DNA from: Rhodosorus marinus CCMP1338
Lineage: Eukaryota; Plantae; Rhodophyta
Length of the DNA: 64,000 nt
Reading direction: 5' to 3'
NCBI GenBank assembly: GCA_029953675.1
Contig: JAMWBK010000005.1
Coordinates: forward strand, 1,736,001-1,800,000
Each line of letters opens with the position of its first letter. Position 1 is the first letter of the stretch. Below the pieces are notes generated by a model that saw only the letters and a program-made list of their open reading frames with translations, ran no database searches and was not told the DNA's origin. Positions 50,508-62,511 of the stretch are shown here, in pieces. The position numbers and the translations under genes are program-made.

Positions 50508-51850
50508 CGAGATGACTCCGGTAGCCCCGCAGAACCTCTGGGCAACACCACAGCACCGAATGCCCTGCCGCACAAGATAGGCCCATGGAGACCCACGACA
50601 GCCAGGACCACACTCCCAAATAATGCCCAGCCGATGCAGGGGAATTAAACGACGACGGGAAGAGCCTCTGTTCTTCTCCAATCGTGAGGACTGGATACAA
50701 CGCGGGACGGACTTTGTCAACGACATCACGGAAGCGGGTAGGCGGTGGACACGCATTCTACACTGCACTGTTCGAACCCGCAGGTTTATCCCAGAAGCCC
50801 AAGTCAATAATTGGAGCCGCCTCTTTAGCGCTGCCCTGCAGCTCGCACGCGTACCAATGCGGGCACAGGATGCAAGTCTCCTCATCGCCGGGCTTCCCGG
50901 CCTCATACTGGGCTATACTGAGCTCCCCATTGGCACACAGGTCGGACACATCCTCGCAGGGGAATTCCACACGGTTTGGAAGGCCTTGAGGAATATGGGA
51001 CACGGCAGAAACCCTACACCGACCCGGGATCTAGGCAACTAGCACACGGGCGCAGAAACAAGCCCTGAAGCTCCCGGATCTGGGCCAACTCTCTGACGCA
51101 GCGCGCCGACTCACGGCATCGGAACTAGCCACGCAAACCTCGGAGACCTGGCGCCAGCTAGAAGATCTGTTTCCGGAACCTGAAGAGCACCCGCTAGCGG
51201 AACTCCTCACCCAGGCCTAAGGACACTACTCAGCCGATAATGCACAGTTCAAAGGGCGTTGGCGGGCGAAGCTGCTGACGAGGGCATTCGGGCAAACCTA
51301 ACCCGACTACCCCAAGAAAAGGGCCCTGGGCCCAGTGGCCTACGTGCAGAACACCTACAGGCACTCAATGGTGAGGTACAACCACACCTGGTACGCTTCA
51401 TAAGACAACTTTCCACCGCACCCGAGCGGTTTCCGGACTTCCTCACTAGGGCTTTGCGCGGAAGTCGGCTCTTGCCGTTTGCAAAGCACTCTACCACGAG
51501 CCCACCACCCGCGAGGCCAGCAGTTCGCCCGATCGGCGTTCCAGAGGTCCTCCAGAAGTTGGCGACATAGTGGGTTCTCAGTTCGGCCTACAACGTGCCT
51601 CCGAGAGCTACTAGTACCCCTCAACTTGGCATTGCCGCAAGTGGCGGATGCGAAAAATCACTGCATGCCTTTCAAGCACACCGGTTCCGTGAATCGGAAT
51701 CGGCTGTACTCAGACCGGACCTGGCCAATACGTTCAACCGGATAGATCGTCGCATCGCTAAGCAACTAGTCAACCACCACTACCCGGAACTGGCAGCCAT
51801 CATCCGACTGGGGTATGGCAACCATTGTGGTGTCTCCCCTACGCTCTTTG
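50398..51850 (+). mobile_element. Degenerate non-LTR retrotransposon, early-branching CRE-like clade; RT N-half only
   Basis: RT motifs GPGPSGLRAEHL, GSRLLPFAK, VRPIGVPEVLQKLA, QLGIAASGGCE and DLANTFNRIDR..YPEL. In-frame TAG at 51568-51570 plus frameshifts. No QG/YxDD motifs follow. Confidence 0.82.
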
Positions 51851-52584
51851 GCTGGCGATGCGAAGATAAGGAAGGTCACCTGAGCAAAGACCGCCTCCAC
51901 CTGCGGGCCACCACTAAAGGATACAGTCACCAATTTGCTTGCGAGCATGACGGTTCTGGAATGGCCTTGGACAAAGCAGAGGTGGGGGGGGTTCTTTTCC
52001 CTTTCTCCAAATTTCCTTCAGCGCTTTTAAAAGCATCCTTTCCATTCGGTACCGAAAACGAAAAGAAAATAGTAGTATCAAGAACTCCGCCACTTGCCGA
52101 AGCTCAACGATCCACACCTCATTCCCCCCCCAAAAAAGGATACTCTTGTTGCGGTGGAAGGAAAAGAAAAAAAGGCACAGACACATAGAGAGCATAAATG
52201 CGCCTGCTTTTAAATCTTCAAAAGCACGCAGGAATGCATAAATATTAGAGAAGAAACGACTACGCTACTAGTTCATCGGCGCATCCGGCTCAACTCCACC
52301 ATGTTCATATTCTCATCGACCTCAGCCATTGCCACATTCAGCAAGGCTAATACCACTTTGAAAAAAAAAACAACTCATTTGGACAGCTGTCCTTTCCGAA
52401 ATGGGACATGGGACCAGTGGCGCTTTGAGGATACCTCTGGACGCGGGGTATCGGGGGAGCTTCTAGACGGATGGGGAGGGAGACGACTGGGGGATGGAAA
52501 GTAGACATTAGCAGAGTGCTTTTGTAGGATAATTGATGGATTAGACGCAATTAGGGGGATCTCGTCTGAAATTTTTTGGCAAGG

Positions 52585-54095
52585 ATGGGTATTCAGGAAA
52601 GAATTAAGGAGATTGAGCTGGAGATGTCTCGAACGCAGAAGAACAAGGCGACCGAGTATCATCTGGGGTTGCTGAAGTCGAGGCTGGCGAAGCTGAGGTC
52701 TCAGCTTTTGGAAGGTGATAGTGCCGGCAAGGTGAGTAGCCTGTTACTCCTCTTTTCTTTCTAGTTTATTCATCTCGGCTCCCGCCGAACATACTTTGTT
52801 AGTGCTCGTTGGTTTTTGGGGTTTTTCGAATCTGTTTTCTGATCGCAAGTCGGCAACAAACACTCTCTGATTCTATTTCCTGAAGGGTGGTGGTGGTGGA
52901 GATAGAGATTTTGAGGTTGTTAAGTACGGAGACGCTAGAGTAGCACTTGTTGGTTTTCCTTCTGTTGGCAAGTCGACCTTCCTCTCCAGCATAACTCAGA
53001 CTCAGTCAGAGGCTGCCGCGTATGAATTTACAACGTTGACATGCGTGCCCGGGATTCTGAACTACAAGGGAGCAACGATCCAGATCCTGGATCTGCCTGG
53101 AATTATCGAAGGTGCTGCGCAGGGAAAAGGTCGTGGTAGGCAAGTAATTGCCACGGCGAGAAGCGCGGATTTGATCCTTCTTATGCTCGATGCCACCAAG
53201 GCAAACACTCAGGCACCACTTCTGGAGAGGGAGCTTGAATCAGTTGGAATCCGAATGAATAAGAGACCTCCCAACGTCCTTTTTAAACCGAAGAAAACAG
53301 GCGGCATTGCCTTTACTGCTACAGTCCCCCTCACTCATATGAACGAGAAGCTCTGCTACGGGATTTTGCACGAGGTAAGCTAGAAGACGAATGGGGGTTC
53401 AATTGCGATCATTTTCCTTCAACCCACTCAGGACGATGATTGTGTCTGCGTTTTCTGACACCAGTTCAAGATTCACAACGCGGACATCGTCATTCGAGAA
53501 GATATTACAGTCGACGAATTCTTGGACGTCGTCGAGGGCAACCGGCAGTATATCCGATGTCTTCATGTGGTGAACAAAATAGATGCTATCACGATTGAGG
53601 AAGTGGATCGGCTTGCCAGGCTTCCGAATACAACAGTAATATCGTGTAACTTAAACCTCAACTTTGAAAGACTGCTGGAAGTGATGTGGGAGTACCTGGA
53701 GCTGTGCAGAGTGTACACTCGGCGACGGGGAGCGCCACCTGACTTTGAGGATCCTCTTGTATTGAGAAAAGGGTGAGCTGTCCTATACATGAACGACTTT
53801 GTTAATCCGAGGAATAGGTTCCTGATGTTGACGAGCAGGCTCCGTGCTCTTCGCGCTCTGTACGCTTTTCTCGGAATCTTGTCGTCCTTATTAACCGTCG
53901 CGTTGCAAACATTCTCTTGTTCAACGCAGTGCAAAGGTGATTGATGCTTGTCGTGCTATTCATAGGAGCCTTGCCGATCCTCACAACTTCAGATATGCGC
54001 TGGTGTGGGGCTTGAGCGCAAAGCATGACCCGCAGAGAGTCGGGTTGCAGCATGATCTCGATGATGAGGATGTTATCCAGGTTATCAAGAAGTAG
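52585..54095 (+). CDS. DRG2: Developmentally regulated GTP-binding protein, DRG2/Rbg2 type; introns 52732-52885, 53375-53464, 53773-53929
   Basis: [70 protein letters not shown] and a TGS domain ending [10 protein letters not shown]. Confidence 0.95.
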
Positions 54096-54616
54096 GGAGC
54101 TGGGCAGTGTTAGAACATGCACGTGTACATACATTCGTGCGCATTATCCGTCTGATTGCCTAGCGCCTGGACGCAAGATCAGGTGGTGGCATGCTGGCTT
54201 GTCCCTGCCACGCGAGTTCAACTTCGGACGAGTCTTGCCAGCGTGATGTTGACTGCCAGCAAATGGGCACATGTAGCTCTTCGTATAATCCGTTGCTTTG
54301 ATGGGTTAAGAGGGAAGAGCAAAGGAGTTTATTTGCGCTTTGCCAGGTCGCCACAAGAGGTGCCCAGGGCGCCTCTTGTGTAGCGAAAAAAGGGCGGTTG
54401 ACCAGCAGTCGTACTAGCGTATTGCTGAGCCTGACTACGGGATTCAAAATGGGTTGTACAATGAACACGTCGGTACTAGGCAATAATTTCCCCCACGAGT
54501 CGATCGACGAGCGCTTTGTTTTTCTTACTCTGCTGTTAAGACCGCATTCAGCTCCATTAAAAGACTTCGGAAAGCAAGTTCCTCACCAAATTCTCTCAGC
54601 TCCAGAACGCCTAGGC

Positions 54617-55693
54617 TTACATGGTCTTTTTCATCGTTTTTGACTTGGCTCCTTTCTTGAACTTGTTCTGCACCAGAAAGTTGCCGAAGAGCGTGATGAG
54701 CGTTATCATGTACCACAACAGTACTTGTCCGAGCATTTTAGGGAACTCGCAGGTCTTCATCCATCCTACGGTGAGGCTCTGACCACAAAAGGCAAAGAAC
54801 TGGAGTATCTGCATATACGTAATGTAGTACTTCCACCCTGTCACGAAGACACGCAAAGCCGCACAGCGAGCCGTTCGGATTAGAATTGAGCACGAGAATG
54901 TCAGCAACAGAGCAGGTAGTTCTCGAGGCTTGCCGATGTCTTACATGGAGAGTAACCGAAACTTGCTAGGAGATAGTAGCCGTACATAAGTACGTGAATG
55001 TACGAGTTAATTGCGAGAGAAAAGTAAGCATCTGATCCTGGAGCCATCCACGTGATGGCGGCCCAATAGATGAAGATTGAGATATGGTGGTAAACGTGCA
55101 GGAATGACACCTGCCTCATGCGAGATTCGAGGATCATGAAGAAGGTGTCCAGAAACTCGATGACCTTGCTGACTGTGAATATCCATGACAACCTCGCCAT
55201 CTTCGAATTTCACGGTTTGAGCGGATCAAAGGGAGGTTTCAGTTAGTGCGTCACATCGCAGATCCCCTAGGTGCTGATGGCTATCTGGTGTTTACCTCTA
55301 CGCCAAGCTTCCCTTCAGCGAACGGCACGCACCAAACAGAACTGTACGAGCCCTGATAGGCTTGCCAGAGCGACATCGTGCCCATGTAAGAACTAAGAAC
55401 CACCATGAAGAGATTGTACACTCTCATCACAGGCTTCATGTCAAGCCTAAAAAACAGGAGAAACTGTCACCAAAGGATTTTTTTGATAGCTATAATTTCG
55501 ATAGCCGGGAACTCGGAGCTCACTTTTTGCCATTCATCAACACGGGACCAACTAGAACCATCAACAGGTACGCGATGCAGACCAGTGGCACAGCGATCGG
55601 GTACATAAACGGATAGTCCTTGGTCAATTCATGCACCGGCCCAAACCATCCTTCCCAGGTGGCATTCCAAGTCTCCACAACGGCCTCCATCTC
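54617..55693 (-). CDS. ELO/GNS1-SUR4 fatty-acid elongase, PUFA-elongase type; three introns
   Basis: VYNLFMVVLS, KVIEFLDTFFMIL, QVSFLHVYHH, NSYIHVLMYGYY and YITYMQILQF motifs after splicing; lysine-rich C-terminus. Confidence 0.93.
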
Positions 55694-56478
55694 GAAAAAC
55701 ACACACCACTTTCACCTTCCGAGATCAAAAAGGGAGGTTGAGGAAAACACTCAAGGTCAAAACCAATCCCAGTCCGTCGTCACCCAGAAAGCTCCCTGTA
55801 GAGATCAGACCATCCGATCTTCCACGCCAATCACAAAGAACTTTACCCAAAAGCCCGACGAGTCTCACCAAAATGGTGCACTACTTATTGCGAGACTTTA
55901 CGGACATCCGATCAACGTAATTGTATGCCGACCGGAGGGCTTCCCAGCACAACTGTATTCACCCCCCTAACTCAATACCTTTACCGTTTACACTTTCTTC
56001 TCAATTTTAAAATATTCAAATATTTTCGTCGTTGGACGATTGCAAATGAGACCATATCAAAGGGTGGGTGAAGACAATGCCGTGCAGACGATCAAGCAGC
56101 CTTGAGGGCAGGTGATAGAAAGTTTTTTGAGAAGTTTTCCAGGATGAGAGAGCTGAGGCTTAGGTTCGCACCGCTCTGTCCTGCTGTCTCGGATGCTGCC
56201 TGGCCCGTCGAGGCAGCTATCGGCTCTTTGTTGGTGGCATGAGGGAAGGCCCTTGGCGGTGGTTGTGGGACTTATGGGCATGGGTTTTTCGCGGTTGAGT
56301 GGTTTTTTGGTTTGAACAATCCGGAGGCCAGAATCCGATAGGAGTACAACTGTTTTGTCCTCTTCCCAGCGCTGCACCCGCCTCCTAGGTTCTTACAATT
56401 AAATTCGTTTAATCTATTAGAACTGACTAGACAAACTTTTAGATAAAGCTTTCCAAAGAATACATAGGGCCCTCACAA

Positions 56479-58483
56479 CTATCGCTGAATGTAAGGCTGC
56501 TCGTCCACTGCCATCGCCTTTGCAACGGGGTGGGCCTCATTGCGCTGCAGCTCTGATCCCGCGATATTGGAGCCGGTTGTTTCATAGTGCTTCCTACCAT
56601 ATCTGAGCACGAACACAAGACAACAGAAGACCAATGAGAAAACAGCCCTCGTAGTCAGGAAAAAGAACCCAAGAGCGGTGTAAAAGGAATACATACTTCA
56701 TCTGGACGAGCGCCTCCGAAGCCCCTGCGCTATCCTCAACGCCGGAATGACTAGAGCCCAATCCATCCGCACCTCCGTTCCCATTGTGCTGTTTCGTTCT
56801 GTGCAAGGATTCAGGGACATCTCCTACTTCTACGTGCGGAGGCCCTTGATATTGTGCAGGCAGTGAAGAAACAGGAGCCCTGAAGCCGTTCTGGTTAACG
56901 TACAAGGGAACCATATTGTTCATGGGCAACTGTGCGGTGAGCTGCATATGCGCTCCTGCTGTAGAGAACCCCGGATAATGATACAGCCTCTCAACAGGAT
57001 GACCTTGCGAATGGAGGTGAGCAATGGAAGGGTGGAAAATGCCGTTCTGCTGTCCAATCAATTGAGGTTCGTGGTTTCCCGGGGTCATTTCCACCTCCTT
57101 AGACCCCGCCGAATGTGTATCGACTCCGTTTGTAGCCATTTCCTGTGTTCTTCTATGGTAAACCTCCTCTCCGTGATGCACATCAAACGCGGCACCGTGG
57201 TCTTCCACTATAGCACACGAGCGTAGAACAAAACACGAGTTGGGGTTAGAATTGTGCGGAAATCAGCAACCATCGGCCTCCAAGTTTGAAAAGTGAGAAA
57301 ACGTACCACGACTACAATGGACTCCAGCTTGCAATGACGATCGTTCACGTCCGTTAACACTCGTCCACTGTCGTGCCATCTCCTCCACAGTAGTCCTGGG
57401 TAACTTCGATCCAGGAACGTTCCACGGCGATGTTGCCGCTTGTGCTGAAACGTCTGCGCTACTGGGCTTCTTCAGCATATGTCCAATCTAAAAACAGCAC
57501 ACAAGAATCAGAAAAGCGTCGTTAGCCTCGGGCATCGGCACCACACATTAACGAAAAACGGCGGTTCTCTCGATTCTTACCTCCACATACAACACATTCC
57601 TGCGGGTCACGGCTGCTAACTTTCCGTTGCTCAAGGGCGCATGCTCCTTGAGTGGAATGCTGCCATTTGGGTTTCCATCCAAGCCATGATAGCCTCCATT
57701 GCGTACGCAATAGTTGAACGCGAAGATCGCAACAGGAAACTCTTCTGGTAGCTTCAGGGCCTCCAGTGAGGTCCATGGGTCTCGAATCGTTAGCTGGCAC
57801 ATCGAGCCGTTGGCGAAGGTAATGGCAATACCATCTGAGTTCACTTTGTGGCCGTTGGAAAAGGTTAACGGTAGAGAGCCTATGCACTCGCAGGGAGAAC
57901 CTATCTTAGAAACCACAGGCAAAGCGCAATGGCACAAACCTCGACAAAACTCACCTTGTCGTTTGGACGGGGAAAGTACTCCCGCTTGAACCCACCCGAC
58001 AGTGGCTAGCTTATAGTCATTCCTACCATCCGCTCTCGTCGGAAGCCTGCTTGTAAGAACTTCAAATCCGTTGCTCAACAAACGCATTGCTTTTGCCTCA
58101 ATTTCTGAAAACATCGGCTTGTCCTTCCACCCAACCTCTTGCCCAAATTCGGGAGCCGTGGGCATCTCAACAATGCACAACAGTCCTGGGCACGAGGCAC
58201 ACAAAATTCTCGCTAGAAGCGGTAGCACAAGTCCATATAAGAAATGGTCTTCCTGCTCGTTCTCGACAAACACGTGCTTCGAATCCGAATCGGACAGAAC
58301 GTGTCTGAATATTGTCGACAACATGTGCTTTGATATCGGTAACTGCGAAGCGGGATTGGATGGGTAGCTCTGCTCATTAGAGCTAGACATCATGTCCAGC
58401 TCAACAGTGTTTCGAACAATATCATCCTCTCCCCAACGCAACAAATCCTTTACGGGCATCATTTTGCTTGACTCCTTGCGCAA
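56479..58483 (-). CDS. Multi-exon hypothetical protein; introns 57580-57488, 57306-57208, 56696-56603; 5' end probably extends toward 58.6-58.9 kb
   Basis: Three GT-AG introns of 93-99 nt join four ORFs in phase. No confident family. Confidence 0.68.
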
Positions 58484-61400
58484 ACTAAAGACACCAGTTC
58501 CCCGTCCCTACGCCGAATCGCGAGACTGCCACTTGGACATGTCCCTTCCTGGTCCCTGGCCAGTATCCTACTCTCTTACCCGGGATCTACCCCGGACAAA
58601 CCACAATACCTGAACAATCCAGCAACGCTAAGTTCCTCTTATGAGCAGAGGGGAATCCCCTCAGAACCATCCATGAACCGCGACGAAACGCAAAACCGTT
58701 TGCTTTAAAAAGTCAATCTGAACAACTCTGCCCACCCCCACTCTCCGCTGTATGTTCTCCAAGCTTACAACCCAGCTCGACAGACTCAACCAATACGAAT
58801 CGGAACTCCTAAAACTATAGGCCTTTGTCTTAACCTCTCCACCTTGTTCAATCCAAACCGGAAATGCTCTCCTTACCTTCACAAGTCTGCCTTCCCCCCA
58901 AACCCACTCCCGCTCGGAACTCTGAAACACGCCCAAAAACTGAAATGAAGGTAACTCTACGGATTGTAGCCTCTGGCCTCACCCAAAGAACAAGTTATCC
59001 CCGCCTCTATTACAAGGAGAACCTTCGGATTGGTTAAAAAACGTCCCCTCACCCACTAGTGGTTGGAAATCTCAGTGGCATCTCAGTGACTTTCCGGCTT
59101 TTCTGCCACCTCATATATTTCCAACTGTTTTTCCTACAGGGTAAAACATATCAACTCACGTTCCAACCAAAAAGCTCGAAAGCCCTATAACAAGTTGGCA
59201 CTATCAGGAAGGACTTAATTTTAATTTATAATATGATAATATCTTGCTGTGACAACTTCAAGACTATTCTTACCCCCTTTATATTTTTTGATTCTGAAGC
59301 CAAATATGTAGAATATCGTAGGGGTTGGAAACGGTTTGGCTTTCATCAATGTCGGAGAAAGCCTCCATGAAAATTTTAAATATTTTCTGGGTTCGGGGTC
59401 AATCAGGAAACTCTGAAAGCCTTCTAATTCGCCTTTCTGTTCCTCTTCAGAACGCGTCTGTCCCAGCGCGAGGGGACGCTTCTCCTGACGTTCCGGTACG
59501 ATGAAAAATACGCGATAATGTTTCTAAGAATCAATTATTTCACCCTATCCCGCTCTATGTCCTATAAAAAAGAAGCAAGATAGATAAAACTTTTATCCAA
59601 TGGAAACTCAGAAACCAAACACAGAAGATACTGATTGGGATGCCAGTTGCTCGAGTTTACCCCCTTGAGGTAAACTTGCTATTTACAAATATTGTGATTT
59701 TGTTGTAATAAAATAGATGTTTCGCGAAACGTGGGGTATTTTGATGATGGCGCAGAGAAAATTATTCTAAAGGAAGCCCATTAAAAACTGTGGAAGGGAA
59801 CCCACCGTTTGGCTGGTTTCGACCGATTACGAAGGTTTTTTAAGTATCAAAAGTGGAGGAAATCTTCTTCGGCCCGAGCAAAAATCAGGCCCGAATTTTT
59901 TCCCGTCCTTTCGACCTTTGGACGAATTTTTTTTGTTTTTCTTTCGCGACGGTTGGCTTGAGGGGAAGGGAAAAAAAAGGAAGATAAGAAGCAAGCTTGA
60001 GGTGATGATTGGTTAAATCTCAACCGCTGGTCGTTTGTGGTTGGCTGAGCCTTCGAGATCCAAAACTATTTTGTGTATTTTTAAGCTATCCTTTCACTGC
60101 GCAATGTCTTCTGCGTGATGAATGCGAGCCAATCAAGAATGAGAAGAAGAAGCAAGGAAAAACTCAATTGGGAGCGATGAGCACGTGAGAGTTGTACCCT
60201 TTCGCTAAGATGTGTACACTCTTGATTGCGGGAGCCTGAGGTTGACTCTCCTCCACGTCTTTCACAGAGGTCTTTCTCAAGCAGACACGCTAACCCGAGA
60301 TGTAGCTTCGCCTTCCAAGGTTTTGATCGGTTATTGACAGACTAAGAACATGATGCTTTCATTCGGAGAGGCTTTTTCAATAAGCGTTGTGAGGCATTGC
60401 TACGCTGATGACGATGGCTCGTTCGTGCATGGACTACACTGGCTTGGTGAAGAGCACTATGCGCTCCTCCAAAATGTGTTATGCGTATCAACCGAGGCCT
60501 GGATGCTCACCGTATGGAGCGTCCGGTTTAAAAAGACCCTCTCGGTCGTCCGTTGGTACTGATTGATAAAAGTTGTGGGGTTGGCAAAGGCTGACCAAGC
60601 ATGTCAGCGAATAAATGCAGCATCGCTTAGGACTGACAACTTGTTGCGTAGAGTCGTTGAGAGAGCGTGCCAGCAGTGTTAGCCGTCCATAGCTGTTCTA
60701 CTTCTTGTTTCGTTCTCAAACGCTTGTCATCGTACGAGAGGTTTCTTGAAGGGACCAGTGCTTTCTGGAGGTATCTGTCCCCTTGTGGACTATAGTTCAG
60801 ACGTCTTTAAGAAGGAAATTGTACGCTCGGCAGTGCAGTATTCTCCGTTAGACATCTGTTATCACATGCATACTCTCTTCGTCCCTTGAATCCATGACTG
60901 AGAGCCGTCCTCGAATTGTGTTGAAAAGCGCCAGCTTAGGGGTCCAACTCGTGGTGCGTGGAGAACCTCCAGCGGGAGATGGGGTTTTGTTGACGCCAGC
61001 AGTCAGTATCGCATCCCGTAATGTTGCTGTCCTGAACCTGCATTATGGGTTCTGCCGTAGGTGCCTTCTGGAAACGGAATCCAGCCAGCTCAACGGGCTC
61101 CGGAAGACAAGGAGTCCACATACCCCAGGGGGACCCAAAACCTGGGATCTACGCAGCAGTTTCCGTATATGACAGCTGTCCGCTTATTCTGTAGATTGAA
61201 CAATTGACTGAGTTTAGCTATAGAACAATTGTTTTAGGGACAGTCTGGTAGTTTTGAGTTTCCTTCTCCAAAGAAATCGGGAATTGGGCGCGGATTAGCC
61301 CAAGGAGTTCAGATGCGGATATTATCGGATCTAGGAGGCGACTAGAAAAGAAATATATTCTGAACAGCTCGTTTTTCAGGTCTTCTTGTATTGATGATTT

Positions 61401-62511
61401 CCATGCGAAATATTCGTCTAACGAGAAAAAATGCGTTACGCTGTACACACTGATTTCTGCTCTTGAAAGTCCCTTCCAGGGCCGCCAACCAACCCCCTCC
61501 CAAGCGACTAGATTTTTCACATGTTTTCCAGCGGGGAAACTGCGGCTGCCTAGTCGTGTTTAGTTTCGTCAAGAAATGTTCTGAAAGGAAATACTATCGG
61601 AGGTTCAACATGAGTGGAGGGGTGACAAACCCATCCTTTTCGTAAATCAGATTACTGGTAACCCCCCCATCTCCAACCCCTCTGGCACGAAGCGTGCCTT
61701 TTGTTGACGGGGCTAAATTGCTAGCAACCCCAGAACAAGGCTGTAGAGTCAGCCTTGTTCCCGAGCTTGGCCATCCTTCTTTCTTCCCACTCAACGCAGT
61801 GTTAAAAATTGCAAGTTTCTTAAAACAATTCAGTGGGACGCATAATTAGCTTCTAAACGGAGGGGGGGGGACTAGAAAGCTGGTTCTAGTCGGGATTGCT
61901 AAATAAGTGTTTTCCATCGAATATCGTACTTTCATGTATATACAATAAACCATTTAGATACACATCTAAAAACAAAAAATATTTGTAGTTTGAACCGTTT
62001 TATCGGTTAATAGCATATCCCAGATTTTTTACGGGGCTCGGTTTTGCACAAGAGCACCAAAGTACGTGCTGGGGGTTGTTATATCTATGGGGTGAAAAGA
62101 TTGATCTTTTCTGTGATGTCGTTCATATTTTCTCAAAATTCAAGAGTTTCTCGAGGGGCAAAAAGGAAAAGCGGGCAGAGATCCCGGCGCGATAGAATCT
62201 CTCTTTCTCTAGTTTCCTTTTTTTCCTTGGGCTTGGGGGGGGGGGAGGGGCCTCTGAGTGGGCTGGTTAGTGCTGTTGAGTGCCGAATCGGTGAGCATGA
62301 TGAGGTGTTGCTGATGATAAGGGCTGTAACGCTTTGGGAGAGTGTGTGAAGAGAGGAGTGGGAGAGGAAACTTTTCTGTGACTAGATATAAAGAATAGTT
62401 TTGGATTTCGATCCCAGTTTTTTGCAAGTAGAGTGAGTTTCCTTTTGAGAGTTTTGCGGATTTTCTAGAGCGCGGGAGGCGGTTTCGGGGGAGGGACTCC
62501 AACTTGAGAAG

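Noticed and set aside
60160-61172. Protein-like fragments and splice-like signals on the plus strand
   Set aside because: I could not assemble a phase-consistent gene model.
61465-61716. GAAAGTCCCT ... ACGGGGCTAA resembling the RNase MRP/P P4 helix halves
   Set aside because: The first half is imperfect, the spacing is long, there are internal T-runs, and I could not build the other conserved helices. It needs an Infernal hit to be taken seriously.
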